Shown in pieces: positions 36,214-47,649 of a stretch of 64,000 bases of DNA. Source of the stretch: an uncultured Verrucomicrobiae bacterium (GTDB lineage Bacteria > Chlamydiota > Chlamydiia > Chlamydiales > Rhabdochlamydiaceae); contig CAWDYW010000001.1 of the NCBI GenBank assembly GCA_963806855.1, positions 1,280,001 to 1,344,000 on the forward strand. The letters are read 5' to 3'. The notes below the pieces were generated by a model. That model saw nothing but the letters and a program-made list of their open reading frames with translations, searched no databases and was not told where the DNA came from. Within the stretch, counting starts at the first letter, position 1; each line of letters begins with the position of its first letter. The position numbers and the translations under genes were made by a program.

Positions 36214-36378
36214 TTATCGCTTTTTACGAAACAAGGGACAATCTTTGTTCAGGCAATATTTTTGGGAGGCAGGATAGGCAAGTCCGCAACTTGAGCACCA
36301 CCACATATCTGCAGAATGGGTCCTCTCGGAAGCGACAATAGGGGAAAAGATAAAAGCCACTAAAATTAACAGCATCAT
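36214..36378 (-). CDS. unannotated 54-aa protein: signal peptide plus CxxC-x10-CxxxxC motif
   Basis: own translation MMLLILVAFIFSPIVASERTHSADMWWCSSCGLAYPASQKYCLNKDCPLFRKKR; ATGA overlap with ispH stop; fills the gap to the permease. Confidence 0.7.
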   Translation of the reverse strand: MMLLILVAFIFSPIVASERTHSADMWWCSSCGLAYPASQKYCLNKDCPLFRKKR

Positions 36379-37307
36379 GAACTTACTCCTAACACTTGTT
36401 TGGGGAGTTGGAAAATCACATCCTCTTCAATATAGACCGCCTCTTCGACTTGATCAACCCCATGCAGCTGCAAAAAGTCGATGCAGCTTTGCACCACATC
36501 TTCAGGCGTCGAAGCACCGGCGGTCATCCCGATCGTCTCCACCCCTCTTAACCAATTGAGATCGATCTCGCTGGCATGGTTGATGAGATGGGCAGGGATC
36601 CCCCTCTTTTCAGCCACTTCTCGTAGCCGATTAGAATTGGAACTGAGGATATCGCCGATGACAAGGACAAGATCAACATGATCGCCGATTGATCTAAGGG
36701 CCATCTGCCGGTTGGTTGTCGCATAGCAGATCGATGAGCTAGGGAGAGTCTCTATATGGGGATATTTTCGAATGAGCGCCTCGGTGATCTCCTTTACGTC
36801 ATCAAGACTCAAGGTTGTCTGCGTCGTGTAAAAGAGCTTTTGCTCAGCAGAAAATTGCAGTTTCGCTACATCATCGACCCCTTCGACGATCGTCGTCACA
36901 TCGGGCGCCTCACCAGCTGTTCCGACGATTTCGACATGTTTCCGATGGCCAATCAAAACGATCTGATACCCTTTCTGCGCATATCGCTTGACTGCCGAAT
37001 GGACCTTGGTGACCAGGCCGCAGGTGGCATCGATTTCAATCAGCTGCCGTCCTTTCGCTTGCTCTCGCACTGCCGGAGAGACCCCATGGGCCGAATAGAT
37101 GATCCTCGCGCCAACGGGCACCTCATCGAGATCTTCAATGAAAATCGCCCCTTTTTTGCGCAGGTCTTCGACCACATGCCGATTATGGACAATCTCATGT
37201 TTGACATAGATGGGAGGCCCCCAGAGCTTCAGCGCCTGCTCGACCGTATCGATCGCCCGAACCACCCCTGCGCAAAACCCCCGCGGCTTAGAGAGAAGAA
37301 CTTTCAT
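36375..37307 (-). CDS. ispH: 4-hydroxy-3-methylbut-2-enyl diphosphate reductase
   Basis: PRGFCAGV, HEIVHN, SAHG, DATC, ICYATTNRQ, SSNS, TAGASTP. Confidence 0.98.
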   Translation of the reverse strand: MKVLLSKPRGFCAGVVRAIDTVEQALKLWGPPIYVKHEIVHNRHVVEDLRKKGAIFIEDLDEVPVGARIIYSAHGVSPAVREQAKGRQLIEIDATCGLVTKVHSAVKRYAQKGYQIVLIGHRKHVEIVGTAGEAPDVTTIVEGVDDVAKLQFSAEQKLFYTTQTTLSLDDVKEITEALIRKYPHIETLPSSSICYATTNRQMALRSIGDHVDLVLVIGDILSSNSNRLREVAEKRGIPAHLINHASEIDLNWLRGVETIGMTAGASTPEDVVQSCIDFLQLHGVDQVEEAVYIEEDVIFQLPKQVLGVSS

Positions 37308-37417
37308 CTATGAATCCTATTTTTTAGGGAAAAGTTTACCAGAAACCCCATGTTTTGTAAAGAATCACCTATCAATTTTTTTTAATCCAAGTTGCGCCTC
37401 TTAAAATTGGCGGCATA

Positions 37418-37459
37418 TTGACAACATTTCCCTGGTAAATTAATATAAGTATTCTTATA
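37418..37459 (+). promoter_or_regulatory. putative promoter and operator of the toxin-antitoxin operon
   Basis: TTGACA-N17-TAATAT with overlapping IR TATAAG-TATT-CTTATA. Confidence 0.6.
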
Positions 37460-37475
37460 ACGAAGAAAGGTTGGA

Positions 37476-37867
37476 ATGGGCACTACACCCACCATAAAAC
37501 AAGTATTATGGGTAAGTTCATCGAAAGGCGACCTGATGGATATGCCGGAAGAAGTGCGGAAGGACTTTGGATATGGCTTGCACCAAGCTCAAATGGGGCA
37601 GCATCCAGATATAGCGGAGCCCCTTAGTGGTTTTGGTGGTGCTAGTGTTTTAGCTCTCAAGTTGAAAGAAATGGGAGAAGAATATCGAGCGATTTACACC
37701 ATTCAATTTAAGGATGCCATAGTTGTACTACACGTCTTTCAAAAAGAAAAGTAAAACTGGGCACGTAACACCAAAGAAAGATATGGATTTAATCCATTCG
37801 AGGCTCAAATTAGCAGAAGGAGTTTATAATGAGTGGAAAAAAAGTAACACATCGAAAAAAAAAGTGA
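37476..37867 (+). pseudogene. RelE/ParE-superfamily (Gp49-like) toxin, frameshifted
   Basis: WVSSSKGDL..FGYGLHQAQ.G..YRAIY..VLHVFQK/KSKTG..TPKKD; extra A at 37741-37745. Confidence 0.8.
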
Positions 37868-38273
37868 TCGACGCACAAAGTACGAAGTCACTACTGGCAA
37901 TATTTTTGAAGACCTCGGCCTAGATCAACCAGCAGAACTGCTGATTAGAGCAAATCTTTTAAACCAAGTTAGCAGTCTTATTAAAGAGAGTGGCCTTTCA
38001 CAAGAAGATGCTGCCATAAAACTGGGTATTACACAGCCCCAGGTTTCTATGTTAGTTGGGGGTCGTCTTTCAGCTTTTAGTACAGACACTTTGCTACACT
38101 ATTTATCAATCATTGGTTGCAACATTCAGATCAAAGTAAATAGGCCCAGATCTCGTAAAGCGATTTTTAGAGATAAAGGGAAAGTTGCAGTCCGTTCAAC
38201 TCCTCCTCGTGTAAAGGCAAAGCCCAAACCTCGTATTAGAAGGGGTCGACTACGCACCTCCATACCCAAATGA
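37829..38273 (+). pseudogene. XRE/HTH antitoxin, frameshifted
   Basis: GNIFEDLG...LSQEDAAIKLGITQPQVSML..FSTDTL; removing one A in the A9 run at 37855-37863 joins ATG 37829 to this frame. Confidence 0.8.
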
Positions 38274-38312
38274 TGCTGGGAAAGGGTCAGTATTGGCGGG
38301 GTATAGATCCAA

Positions 38313-39976
38313 TTAATATTGTGAAGAGGCGCAGCGGAACCCATAGGTGCTGTTCATGACCCCGGGGTTATTCCGATGCCTATGGGAGCAGCGCATATCG
38401 TCTTTAAGACTCTTCCAGCACCCGCCTCTTAGAACACGGTAACCCTTGGGCCGGCCCTTGAGGATTGTCAGGTTCTTGCATCGAAGTCTCATAGTAGAGG
38501 TAGCCATACCAGTCCATGCACCATTCGTAGACATTGCCAGCCACGTCAAAAAGTCCATACCCATTGGCAGGGTAGCTCATCACAGCCGTGGTATCCGAGT
38601 TGAAGAAATTGGCCTGCGACCTTTCGATATCATCCCCTGTCGGAAATTGAGCTCCTTCAAGCCCGCCGTAAGCGGCTGCCTCCCATTCCGCTTCAGTGGG
38701 AAGCCGTTTACCGATCCATTTCGCATAGGCCATCGCCCCATACCAACTGACCCCAACGACCGGATGCTTCGCATAGCCTGGCTCAATCGACAGCTCCCCC
38801 ATTCTTCCGAATGCGGGAGTCGCGCAGTCTAATCATGTCGTTATTCAGCTCATCCTTCTCTGTCCCCATGGCCGTGAGAAAGCGGATAAATTGCTCATTC
38901 ATGATCGGATGGATATCGATAGCAAACGAAGGAATATTGACCGCATGGCGCGGCATTTCATCGCGTGCCCCGTGATTGCTCCCCCTTAAAAGGGTCCCCC
39001 CCTGCACAACCACCATTTCGGTGTGCAGCGGTTCAATTTCATCGACCTCAGTTTTTTGCGGAATGTAAATATGAATCGTTTTCGTGTGATCCTCTTTAAA
39101 GAAATCAGAAAGGAGCAGCGGCCTCTTTTCAGGGTCCACATTCAGACACTGCTTGATCAGGCCATCCCAGTCCCGCTTCAGCTCCAAATTGCATTCAGAC
39201 GGCATCGGGAAAAACCCTTCCGGGAATACCCCGACGAGCAGATAATAGAGTAGGATCCCAAATGAATAGATATCGGCTTTCGCATCGATATCGCGGCTCG
39301 TGACATTCTTCCCCTTTTGCTCTGGAGCTAAGAAAGCATAATATTGAGAAAACCCATCCTGCAATTTCTCTATATTGCCCTCTTCTCCCCTCTCAAAGCC
39401 AGCCTGGAAGGCCATCATCTCCCACAAATGGCGATAGGTGCGGGCCAAGACGGCGCCAATTCCCACAATGCGCGAGAGTCCAAAATCGGCAATTTTCGCC
39501 CCCACACCCTCTTCGCTTTTCTCAATGAGGATATTATTGAATTTTAAACCCCTATGGGCCAGTGGCTCATCGCCAAAGTTTTTCTGATGTGCATAGTCGA
39601 GTGCAGCGGCGACCTGCATGGCGATCGTCCAAATCTCCTCTTCACTCAACTTTTTTTCTTTCTCAAGATATTGAGTCAAGGTGATGGCATTAGGGAATGC
39701 TTCGGTAACTAAAAAAACCTTATCCTCTGCGCAAGAGACATTGACAATTTTGACGATATGGGGATGGTCCAAAGTCCCCAGAAGAGCGACCTCCGTTTCA
39801 AACCTTTGGATGAAGCTGCTATTTTCAGAGAGTTCGGTGGGAAGAATTTTCAGGACGAACAGCTTCTTCAAGAACCGGTGCTGAGTGAGGTAGACCTTAC
39901 CGAGCATCCCCTCACCCAATTCCTTTAAGATGATGTAATCACCCAATATTGCGTTTGTTACTTGTTCTGCACACAT
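38313..39976 (-). CDS. pkn1: Pkn1-type Ser/Thr kinase fused to FGE-sulfatase domain (two apparent frameshifts)
   Basis: [68 protein letters not shown] split over three frames. Confidence 0.85.
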
Positions 39977-40017
39977 CTTCCACCACCTATTTTTCTATGG
40001 TGAACGTTCTCTCCTTT

Positions 40018-42750
40018 TTACTCAAGCTCGTAGGCGCCACTATCCTTTTTGACTGGGGTACCTGCATTCGTAGTGGGTAATTCGGTAGAAGGAGAACCTG
40101 TCTCATCGACTCTCATTTGGCGCTCAGGAGTGCGGGGAGAATCAGAGGACGGCATTTGAGGTAGCGAGGAATCTCCTTCGCTCGAAGATTGTGGATCTTG
40201 AACTGCATTATTGTCATTATTAATACTGACTTTTGAACCTTTGGCATCAGATTTATTTACAGCTTCCGGAGTCGCCTTGTCTTCTCCTCGTCTTGCAGAT
40301 AGTTCTTTTGTTCCTTTTAGAGTATTGCCGCTATTAGTACCGCCGCCTTTGCCAGCAGGGTTAGCCTCATAAGGCTTGAGAATTTGGTCGAAGTCTAGAG
40401 TTGCTATTGCACTCACTGCTCCTTTTTTAGCTTCATTCCATTTTCGTGAAAATTGCACCACTGCGTTGCCCCCACCAAGCTTCATTACTGAATTAGATCT
40501 AGGCCTTCCTTTTTCCAATGTCCATGGCGCTTCTTGAGTTGGAGGAGGTTTGGGATTATAAGTAGGTATCACGACATCTTTTTTGTTAGCTTGGCATTTT
40601 TTAAGCTCCTCTAGAAGGCCAGCTGCAAAACCATTATTAACCTTCTTTTTAGCCTGGGGAGGTCCGTTTCCACTCTCTCCTTGTGCACCTTTCCGATGTT
40701 TTTTTACCAGATCCCCCATATTAATTTTTTTCACCTCCATGAATTCAGGCGGTGGCAATTGGGGCGCATCAGGTATAACAAACCCAATCTCAACATTTGG
40801 CTTTTCCTGAGTCAAACTTTCTAATTCTGCCAGTTTTATTTTCAGAGTTTCGTTAGTTTTTTCCAGATCATCGATCTTCCTTTGCAAATTGGCAATCTTC
40901 CTTTCGCCTAAAACAGCCGGTTGCTCATCCAGTTGACTTTCTAATTGTGGACTTTTAGCTCGCCGTTCAGTATGCTCATCTTTAAAACGTTCGATTTGCC
41001 TTTCCATAGTCGCAAGAAGTTCCAATTCCCGCTTATAGCTCGCTTCTTTTAGCCTTTCTACTTCTTGACGCAGAGCTACAATATCTTCCATCCTTTTTTG
41101 TTCATTTTTCAGGAGACGGTTGCAGTTCGCGTACTGGGATTGTAATCTAAGTACAATCTGTTCCCCCACCTTAGCCCCGACATGCTCGAGATATATAAGC
41201 GCTTTCCGACAAGCAAATTCTGCACGGGAATAATTTCCTGCACTCATAAAATTAGCCGCCAGGATGTAATAAAGAAGAACTTTCTGCTTATGATCTTTGA
41301 GATTTTCGCATAGCAGGCAATACCCGTTAATAAGTGCAAAGTCAAGTTCAGGTTTAATTTTAGCGTTTTTCTGGCCCGGAATTCCCTTTGGATCGCGATT
41401 TGTTAATGGAGATATCCCCATTCTGGATTGTTCTAAGAATGTGTCGTCACAACTATCTAAAGTGCCAGAGGGAATTGTTGTAATGTGCTTACTTCCCATC
41501 ACTCCCACTTCCATAAGTAGTTGTTGTACTTTTGAATTATCAAATATTTCTAGCTTTTTTGAGGCTATTATCATGTCAAATTTCGCTTGTATTTGGTTAA
41601 GCAGCTCTTTAATTTCACAGGCCTCTTTTCCGATCAATTTTTCTGCTGCTTCTAATTCAGTTTTTGCATCTTGATATTTTTCTAAACTGTGCAAGTGATC
41701 TGCGATAACAAGATGAAGCAGGCCTTTATGCTGAACTAATTCCAATGTCTTTAACAACTCAGTTTTTCCATAGGCTCTCATTTCGTCCGGGGTAAGGTTT
41801 GCTAATTCAGAAGGAAAATCGATAGGATTATTTGTTTTGATCCCTGCAGGAGTCTTAGGCCCGAAAAATACGTCTGTGCGAAGGGGTGTTTTTTGGGGGG
41901 GCCCCCTATCATTCCTTGGGGAAAATTTAGTTCCAGTCGCAAAAGAATCTAGACCATTATTCCTTGGGGAAAATTTAGTTCCAGTCGCAAAAGAATCTAG
42001 ACCATTATTCCTTGGGGAAAATTTAGTTCCAGTCGCAAAAGAATCTAGACCATTATTCCTTGGCCGCTCCTTAAAAAGCGATTCCTGTGGCTTTGGCAAT
42101 CCTTCTGGGGACTTGTCAGTGGGTAGGACAGCAACGGCACGTTTTTCTAAGCGTGGTAGACCGGAAGAGCGCTGTATAGGATCTTCCGCTTTAGCTTGAA
42201 ATACATTCGTAACAGCCGCACTCCTACTAAGGGATACTATTCTTTTACGCGGGTCGCCTTCTTTAGACTTAGGTTTGCCTGCAACGCTACCAAGGGACAC
42301 AATTCTTTTACTCGGGTCGCCTTCTTTAGACTTAGGTTTGCCTGCAACGCTACTAAGGGACACAATTCTTTTACTCGGGTCGCCTTCTTTAGACTTAGGT
42401 TTGTCGGCAGCGCTACTAAGGGACACAATTCTTTTACTCGGGTCGTTCTCTTTAGACTTAGGTTTGCGTGCATCGCCGCCAAGGGACACCGGGTTTCCTC
42501 GACCGCCTTCTGTAGGTTTGTCGGCAGCGCATGGCTTAGAAGGCTCTGGAGGGGCTATATCTTTTACTGGGCCGGGTTCCCCTGTCAATGGTGTGGGGGC
42601 AGCAGGCGCATCAGACCTGATGCATTTGAGATATACGATCGATACAACGCCGACCACAGCTAAAAATGCAACACTAACCGTTGTATAATCGGTCAAACCG
42701 AGCCAGTTAATGGAAGTGAGATTCTGAGTTCCTAAATTGTCGAGTTTCAT
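40018..42750 (-). CDS. 910-aa orphan membrane-anchored protein with tandem repeats, TPR-like helices, coiled coil and Pro-rich tail
   Basis: N-terminal TM; 21-aa and 16-aa repeats; long uninterrupted ORF. Confidence 0.8.
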   Translation of the reverse strand: MKLDNLGTQNLTSINWLGLTDYTTVSVAFLAVVGVVSIVYLKCIRSDAPAAPTPLTGEPGPVKDIAPPEPSKPCAADKPTEGGRGNPVSLGGDARKPKSKENDPSKRIVSLSSAADKPKSKEGDPSKRIVSLSSVAGKPKSKEGDPSKRIVSLGSVAGKPKSKEGDPRKRIVSLSRSAAVTNVFQAKAEDPIQRSSGLPRLEKRAVAVLPTDKSPEGLPKPQESLFKERPRNNGLDSFATGTKFSPRNNGLDSFATGTKFSPRNNGLDSFATGTKFSPRNDRGPPQKTPLRTDVFFGPKTPAGIKTNNPIDFPSELANLTPDEMRAYGKTELLKTLELVQHKGLLHLVIADHLHSLEKYQDAKTELEAAEKLIGKEACEIKELLNQIQAKFDMIIASKKLEIFDNSKVQQLLMEVGVMGSKHITTIPSGTLDSCDDTFLEQSRMGISPLTNRDPKGIPGQKNAKIKPELDFALINGYCLLCENLKDHKQKVLLYYILAANFMSAGNYSRAEFACRKALIYLEHVGAKVGEQIVLRLQSQYANCNRLLKNEQKRMEDIVALRQEVERLKEASYKRELELLATMERQIERFKDEHTERRAKSPQLESQLDEQPAVLGERKIANLQRKIDDLEKTNETLKIKLAELESLTQEKPNVEIGFVIPDAPQLPPPEFMEVKKINMGDLVKKHRKGAQGESGNGPPQAKKKVNNGFAAGLLEELKKCQANKKDVVIPTYNPKPPPTQEAPWTLEKGRPRSNSVMKLGGGNAVVQFSRKWNEAKKGAVSAIATLDFDQILKPYEANPAGKGGGTNSGNTLKGTKELSARRGEDKATPEAVNKSDAKGSKVSINNDNNAVQDPQSSSEGDSSLPQMPSSDSPRTPERQMRVDETGSPSTELPTTNAGTPVKKDSGAYELE
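41911..42062. repeat. 48-bp coding tandem repeat x3 (PRNNGLDSFATGTKFS)
   Basis: ATTCCTTGGGGAAAATTTAGTTCCAGTCGCAAAAGAATCTAGACCATT repeated exactly. Confidence 0.95.
42225..42466. repeat. 63-bp coding tandem repeat x4 (KPKSKEGDPSKRIVSLSSVAG)
   Basis: AAGGGACACAATTCTTTTACTCGGGTCG recurs at a 63-bp period. Confidence 0.95.
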
Positions 42751-42829
42751 ATGTTCCTGTAGAGATTGAAATTTGCTTTGAAGTACTCTAACAGAACATG
42801 AACTTTTTTTCGAAATCTATTTTCAACTA

Positions 42830-44890
42830 TTAAAGCTGTTGCATCGCTTCTAGGATTTGTTTGATGTCGGTTAGTGGAGATTCGCAATAATTTCCACGAC
42901 AAATATAAACGGTGGTTTTCCCATCTAGGCAATTTTGATTCGCGATCGAAGGGACGATTTGGTTTAGGGTGGTGTCGTTTGGCTCTTTCCAGACAAAGAG
43001 GCCATGGGGACAGAAAAGGCCTCCGAGCGCCCGCTCGAGCTCTTTTTTGTAGCTGTTTTTTTCATCGAGGGCAATGACAACGAGCGGCGCTTTTGAGTCG
43101 AAGTAGCGCTGCAGGGCAATCAGATGGTAGCAGGCGCCGGGCGGAAAGGCTTCGATGAACGATTTGGCCGCTTTGAGGATATCTTCGGCTTGGGCGAGGT
43201 ACTTTTGATCTTGAGTGAGTTGATAGAGGCGGATTAAGTTTTCACAATGGACCGCGTTGCCTGAGGGCTCGGCCCCATCGTAGAATTCACATTTGCGGAT
43301 GAGCAGGTATTTGTCTTGCTTGGTTTGGAAGAATGCGCCGTTTTGGATTTTGAAATCGCGCTCGAGAACATCGGTCAGATGCATTGCCCACTGAAGATAA
43401 CGGGTGCCACAACCCACTTCGAAGAGGCTTAGGAGACCGCGGATGAGGAAGGCATGGTCGTCTAGATTGGCTGAAAAGCGGGCCTCTTGGTCACGATAGC
43501 GGCGCATGAGCTCACCGCTTTTGACAAGATTGTCGCGGATCCAATCGGCGGTCTGCATGGCGATTTGCCGGTAGGGGCTGTCGGCATAGCAGAAGCCGGC
43601 CCAAGCGAGGGAATCGATCATGAGTCCGTTCCAGGAGGTGATGATCTTGTCATCTTTAAATGGCTTTGTCCGCCGGCTCCGCTGATCGAGGAGTTTGGAC
43701 TTCATCCCTTGGATGGTCTCATAGAGGCGCGCTTCATCGAGGCCGACGAAGGTTGAAAATTCTTTTGGGTCGAGGGCAATATGGAGGACGTTTTTCCCTT
43801 CGAAGTTCCCCTCGTCGGTCACTCCGAAATAGCGGCTAAAGATTTCGCCCTCGCCCGCTCCTAGAGCATTAAAGATCTCTTCTTGACTCCAGGTGTAGTA
43901 TTTCCCCTCTTGTCCCTCTGTGTCGGCATCTTCTGCAGAGAAGAATCCTTCTCCCTTCAGTTCGCGGATCGTATAGTCGAGCGTCTGACGGCAGATTTGG
44001 CTGAAGAAGATCTTCTTGGTATATTTGTAGGCCTCTAGATAGGTGCGGGATAATATGGCGTTGTCATAGAGCATCTTTTCGAAATGGGGAATATGCCAGC
44101 GCTCGTCGATGCAATACCTTGCAAATCCGCCGCCGAGCTGGTCGTAGAGCCCTCCTCGAGCCATCATTTGGAGGGTCAATTCGATATAGAATAGGGAGCG
44201 GCTGTCGTTATTGGCTTTGGAGTATTGGAGAAGAAAATCGGCTTGGTAGCCAAGAGGAAATTTGGGCTCCCCTTTTATCCCGCCGAAAACCGGATCGGCG
44301 ATGTCGAAGAGCATTTGGATCGCATTTTGTAGATCATTCGGCGTCGGGAGCTCTTGTCCTTGGGTGCGGGCAGAATTTTCAAAAAGCTGAACAATTTTGT
44401 CGGCTTGAGTGACAAGCAGCAACCGCTCTTCACTTTGCCAAAGCATCTTGATCTGGGTGATGAATTGATCCATGCCGATGAGCCCTTTGCTCGCCTTGGG
44501 AGGCAAATAGGTGACAGCAAAGAAGGGTTTGAGGTCTGGGGTTAAGATGACGTTTAGGGGCCAGCCGCCGGCCGAGGACATTAGGGCCTGAGCGAATTCC
44601 ATGTAGATGCTGTCGACCTCGGGGTGCTCCTCCCGATCGACCTTGATATTAATGAAGGTGTCGTTCATCGCCTGGGCGATTTCAGGATTCTCAAAGGTCT
44701 CTTTTTCCATCACATGGCACCAGTGGCAGGTGGCATAGCCGATGGATAAAAAAATAGGTTTATCTTCAGATTTTGCTTTATTGAACGCTTCTTCGGACCA
44801 CGGGTACCAATCGACCGGGTTATGGGCGTGCTGCAAGAGATAGGGGGACTTCTCGTGGACTAGCCGATTCGTATAAGAATTTTCACTCAT
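42830..44890 (-). CDS. thioredoxin-domain-containing protein (YyaL/SPATA20 family)
   Basis: [49 protein letters not shown] at 44890. Confidence 0.95.
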   Translation of the reverse strand: MSENSYTNRLVHEKSPYLLQHAHNPVDWYPWSEEAFNKAKSEDKPIFLSIGYATCHWCHVMEKETFENPEIAQAMNDTFINIKVDREEHPEVDSIYMEFAQALMSSAGGWPLNVILTPDLKPFFAVTYLPPKASKGLIGMDQFITQIKMLWQSEERLLLVTQADKIVQLFENSARTQGQELPTPNDLQNAIQMLFDIADPVFGGIKGEPKFPLGYQADFLLQYSKANNDSRSLFYIELTLQMMARGGLYDQLGGGFARYCIDERWHIPHFEKMLYDNAILSRTYLEAYKYTKKIFFSQICRQTLDYTIRELKGEGFFSAEDADTEGQEGKYYTWSQEEIFNALGAGEGEIFSRYFGVTDEGNFEGKNVLHIALDPKEFSTFVGLDEARLYETIQGMKSKLLDQRSRRTKPFKDDKIITSWNGLMIDSLAWAGFCYADSPYRQIAMQTADWIRDNLVKSGELMRRYRDQEARFSANLDDHAFLIRGLLSLFEVGCGTRYLQWAMHLTDVLERDFKIQNGAFFQTKQDKYLLIRKCEFYDGAEPSGNAVHCENLIRLYQLTQDQKYLAQAEDILKAAKSFIEAFPPGACYHLIALQRYFDSKAPLVVIALDEKNSYKKELERALGGLFCPHGLFVWKEPNDTTLNQIVPSIANQNCLDGKTTVYICRGNYCESPLTDIKQILEAMQQL

Positions 44891-44942
44891 AAAACTAACC
44901 ATAATATTGCCAATATTTTCTAACAATGTGAAAATGATGGGC

Positions 44943-45830
44943 ATGAATACTTTTGTTACCAACATCGATTTGGCTTTGGCCGAAAAATTGCGCACAGATC
45001 TACTCGACCAAGGCTTCGAGCTGTCGACTCCCCCGTATACAATTTTCTCAGCGAAAAAGCAGGGAGTCTCGTGCACTCTTTATACATCCGGCAAACTGAC
45101 CGTCCAGGGGAAGCAGAAGGAAGAGTTCATCTCTTTCTATCTTGAGCCTGAAATTTTGCAAGAGCTTGCCTTCACCCATCCGAAGGGTAAGCTCGATCTG
45201 ACACCTCGAATCGGGATCGACGAAGCTGGCAAAGGCGATTTCTTCGGCCCCTTGTGTGTTGCGGGGGTCTATGCCGATGAAGCAGGGATACAGAAGCTTG
45301 CCGAACTCGGGGTCCGCGATAGCAAGACGATGCAAGACAAGGCGATCATCGCGATGGCCTCTCGCATCCGGAGCCATTTTCCCCATAGCATTATTCGGCT
45401 CTACCCGCTCAAATACAATGAGCTCTACGAAAAGTTTAAGAACCTCAACCACCTGCTCGCTTGGGGACACGCGACGGCGATTGAAGAGCTGGTCCAGAAT
45501 ACTGGCTGCAGGAACGTGATCATCGACCAGTTTGCGAGCGAACATGTGGTCGAAAATGCCCTAAAACGGAAGTCACTCGAGGTCGAGCTGGCTCAGCGGC
45601 ACCGGGGTGAAGAAGATTTGGTTGTCGCCGCCGCCTCGATTCTGGCCAGAGCCGCCTTTGTCGATGGGATCGATCAACTAGGAAAAATGATCGAAATCAC
45701 CTTGCCGAAAGGGGCCAGCTCGATCGTGATCAGGGTGGGGAAACAGATTGTCGCCAAACATGGGCAAGAGATCTTAAAAAAACTGGGCAAACTCCATTTC
45801 AAAACCAGAAGTGAAATCCTCCATGATTAA
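44943..45830 (+). CDS. rnhC: ribonuclease HIII
   Basis: N-terminal TBP-like domain ([11 protein letters not shown]), [29 protein letters not shown]. Confidence 0.95.
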   Translation: MNTFVTNIDLALAEKLRTDLLDQGFELSTPPYTIFSAKKQGVSCTLYTSGKLTVQGKQKEEFISFYLEPEILQELAFTHPKGKLDLTPRIGIDEAGKGDFFGPLCVAGVYADEAGIQKLAELGVRDSKTMQDKAIIAMASRIRSHFPHSIIRLYPLKYNELYEKFKNLNHLLAWGHATAIEELVQNTGCRNVIIDQFASEHVVENALKRKSLEVELAQRHRGEEDLVVAAASILARAAFVDGIDQLGKMIEITLPKGASSIVIRVGKQIVAKHGQEILKKLGKLHFKTRSEILHD

Positions 45831-47418
45831 AACGCTAATAATCAAAAATCTCATTCTTGTCGAAGAGGCCCACGTTCACTTTGAAAGAGGGCTGACGATG
45901 ATCACCGGGGAAACCGGGGCTGGAAAAACGGCTTTAATCGAAGCGATTCGGTTGATTCTGGGCGAAAGGGCCGATCCTTCTAAAGTGCGCAAAGGGTGCG
46001 ATAAGGCGATGATCCAAGCCTCATTTGATCTGGACCAAGTCCCCGAAGTCTTGCAGGAGGCAGGCATCTCCCTACCAACAGATGAAGAGCTCATCTTGAC
46101 CCGAGAGATCAGCGCCGCCGGGAAAAGCCGCGCCTTTATAGCGGGGCAGATGGTCCCTGCTGCTCTTCTACAGACCCTCGCCCCCTATCTGGTCGACTTT
46201 ATCGCCCAACATGCCCAGGTTACCCTTAAGAGTTCTGAAAATCAGCGGGAGCTTCTCGATCTCTATGCCGATATCGACCTCTCCCCTTTTCAAAATCTCT
46301 GGGAAAATGAGAAACAGATTCAGCGCCAAATTGAGCTGCTCCATGAGAGAAAAAATGGCCAGCGTGAGAATTTTTTAAAGGATCAACTGGATGAACTTCT
46401 CGAAGCCAATTTAGAGCAGGGAGAGGAGGAGACCCTCTTTGAGGAGTACTCCCTTCTAAGTAATTCCCAAGAGCTTTTAGCGACGACAGCTCAAATCCTC
46501 TCCGAAACCGATGTGGCCATAGAAAGGTGCAGCTCTATATCGGCCCTCATTCATCCGATCCTCAAGTACGATGCCAAATTCGAAGAGACTGCCGGCATGG
46601 CCAAAGAGGCTAGATTGCAGCTTACCGAGCTAGCGGCCCAGCTCCAGAGCTTCCAGACAAAAATCGAGAGCGATCCAGGCCGGTTGAATATAGTGGAAGA
46701 GCGGCTGAAGGTCCTCGACAGGCTCAAGAGAAAGTATGGGAAAGATTTGGCTAACATCCAGACTGAAATTGAAAAAGAATTAGTGAGCCTCGAATCGATC
46801 GAGGAGACCTTAGAAAAGTTAAATCAAGAGCTCAAAGTCATAAAGGAGAAGACGGCCCTCGCTTGCAAAGAAATCTCAAAAAAGCGGCAAAAAGGGGCTG
46901 CCCAGCTGGCAAAACAGCTCAGCGTGGCGCTGCAGCAACTCAATATCCCCTCTGCCCAAGTGACGATTCAGCTCGAAGCTGCATCGCGGAGCAAATCGGG
47001 AGAGGATATGGTCCAGTTCTTTCTCCAGGCTAATGCCGGAGAGAAGCCAACGCTGGTGAAGGACAATTGCAGTGGGGGAGAGATCTCGCGCCTTCTATTC
47101 TCGCTTAAGCTCATTTTGGCCGAAAAATGTGAACCTCGGACCATGGTCTTCGACGAAATCGATGCCAATGTGGGCGGAGAAACAGCTCGGATCATGGGGC
47201 AAAAATTGAAAGATCTTGGACAATTGAGACAGGTACTTTGTATTACCCACTTTCCACAGGTTGCACGTCAAGGTGATCACCACCTTCGGGTCTACAAAGA
47301 GGAAAATGAGCATCGAACGATTTGCAAACTCAGCTTCGTCAATAATATAGAAAGAGAAGCTGAGCTATTGAGAATGGCGGGAAGCAGTTATTCGGAAGCT
47401 GGTTCTTCTTCAGTTTGA
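45823..47418 (+). CDS. recN: DNA repair protein RecN
   Basis: ITGETGAGK, SGGEISR, FDEIDANVGG, CITHFPQVA. Confidence 0.96.
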   Translation: MIKTLIIKNLILVEEAHVHFERGLTMITGETGAGKTALIEAIRLILGERADPSKVRKGCDKAMIQASFDLDQVPEVLQEAGISLPTDEELILTREISAAGKSRAFIAGQMVPAALLQTLAPYLVDFIAQHAQVTLKSSENQRELLDLYADIDLSPFQNLWENEKQIQRQIELLHERKNGQRENFLKDQLDELLEANLEQGEEETLFEEYSLLSNSQELLATTAQILSETDVAIERCSSISALIHPILKYDAKFEETAGMAKEARLQLTELAAQLQSFQTKIESDPGRLNIVEERLKVLDRLKRKYGKDLANIQTEIEKELVSLESIEETLEKLNQELKVIKEKTALACKEISKKRQKGAAQLAKQLSVALQQLNIPSAQVTIQLEAASRSKSGEDMVQFFLQANAGEKPTLVKDNCSGGEISRLLFSLKLILAEKCEPRTMVFDEIDANVGGETARIMGQKLKDLGQLRQVLCITHFPQVARQGDHHLRVYKEENEHRTICKLSFVNNIEREAELLRMAGSSYSEAGSSSV

Positions 47419-47552
47419 GATTGTTCTGCTGTTTTTTCCTCTTCAGTTGTCACTTCTTCATCTGCGAGTCTGGGCTTTTTCTGACATCCAGTTGCGACAA
47501 AAGCAGTCATCATCAATGCGACTACTAAGCGTAGCATATCCTTTTTCATCAT
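47388..47552 (-). CDS. small lipoprotein with acidic tail
   Basis: MMKK..hydrophobic..VATGC lipobox. Confidence 0.7.
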   Translation of the reverse strand: MMKKDMLRLVVALMMTAFVATGCQKKPRLADEEVTTEEEKTAEQSQTEEEPASE

Positions 47553-47649
47553 TTTACCTATGGTTGAAGGGATCAATTTATATCCCTAAGTTTAAGACAG
47601 GTACTCTTTTACCATATAAAATGAGATTGCCGCAACTGTTTTTGGGGCC

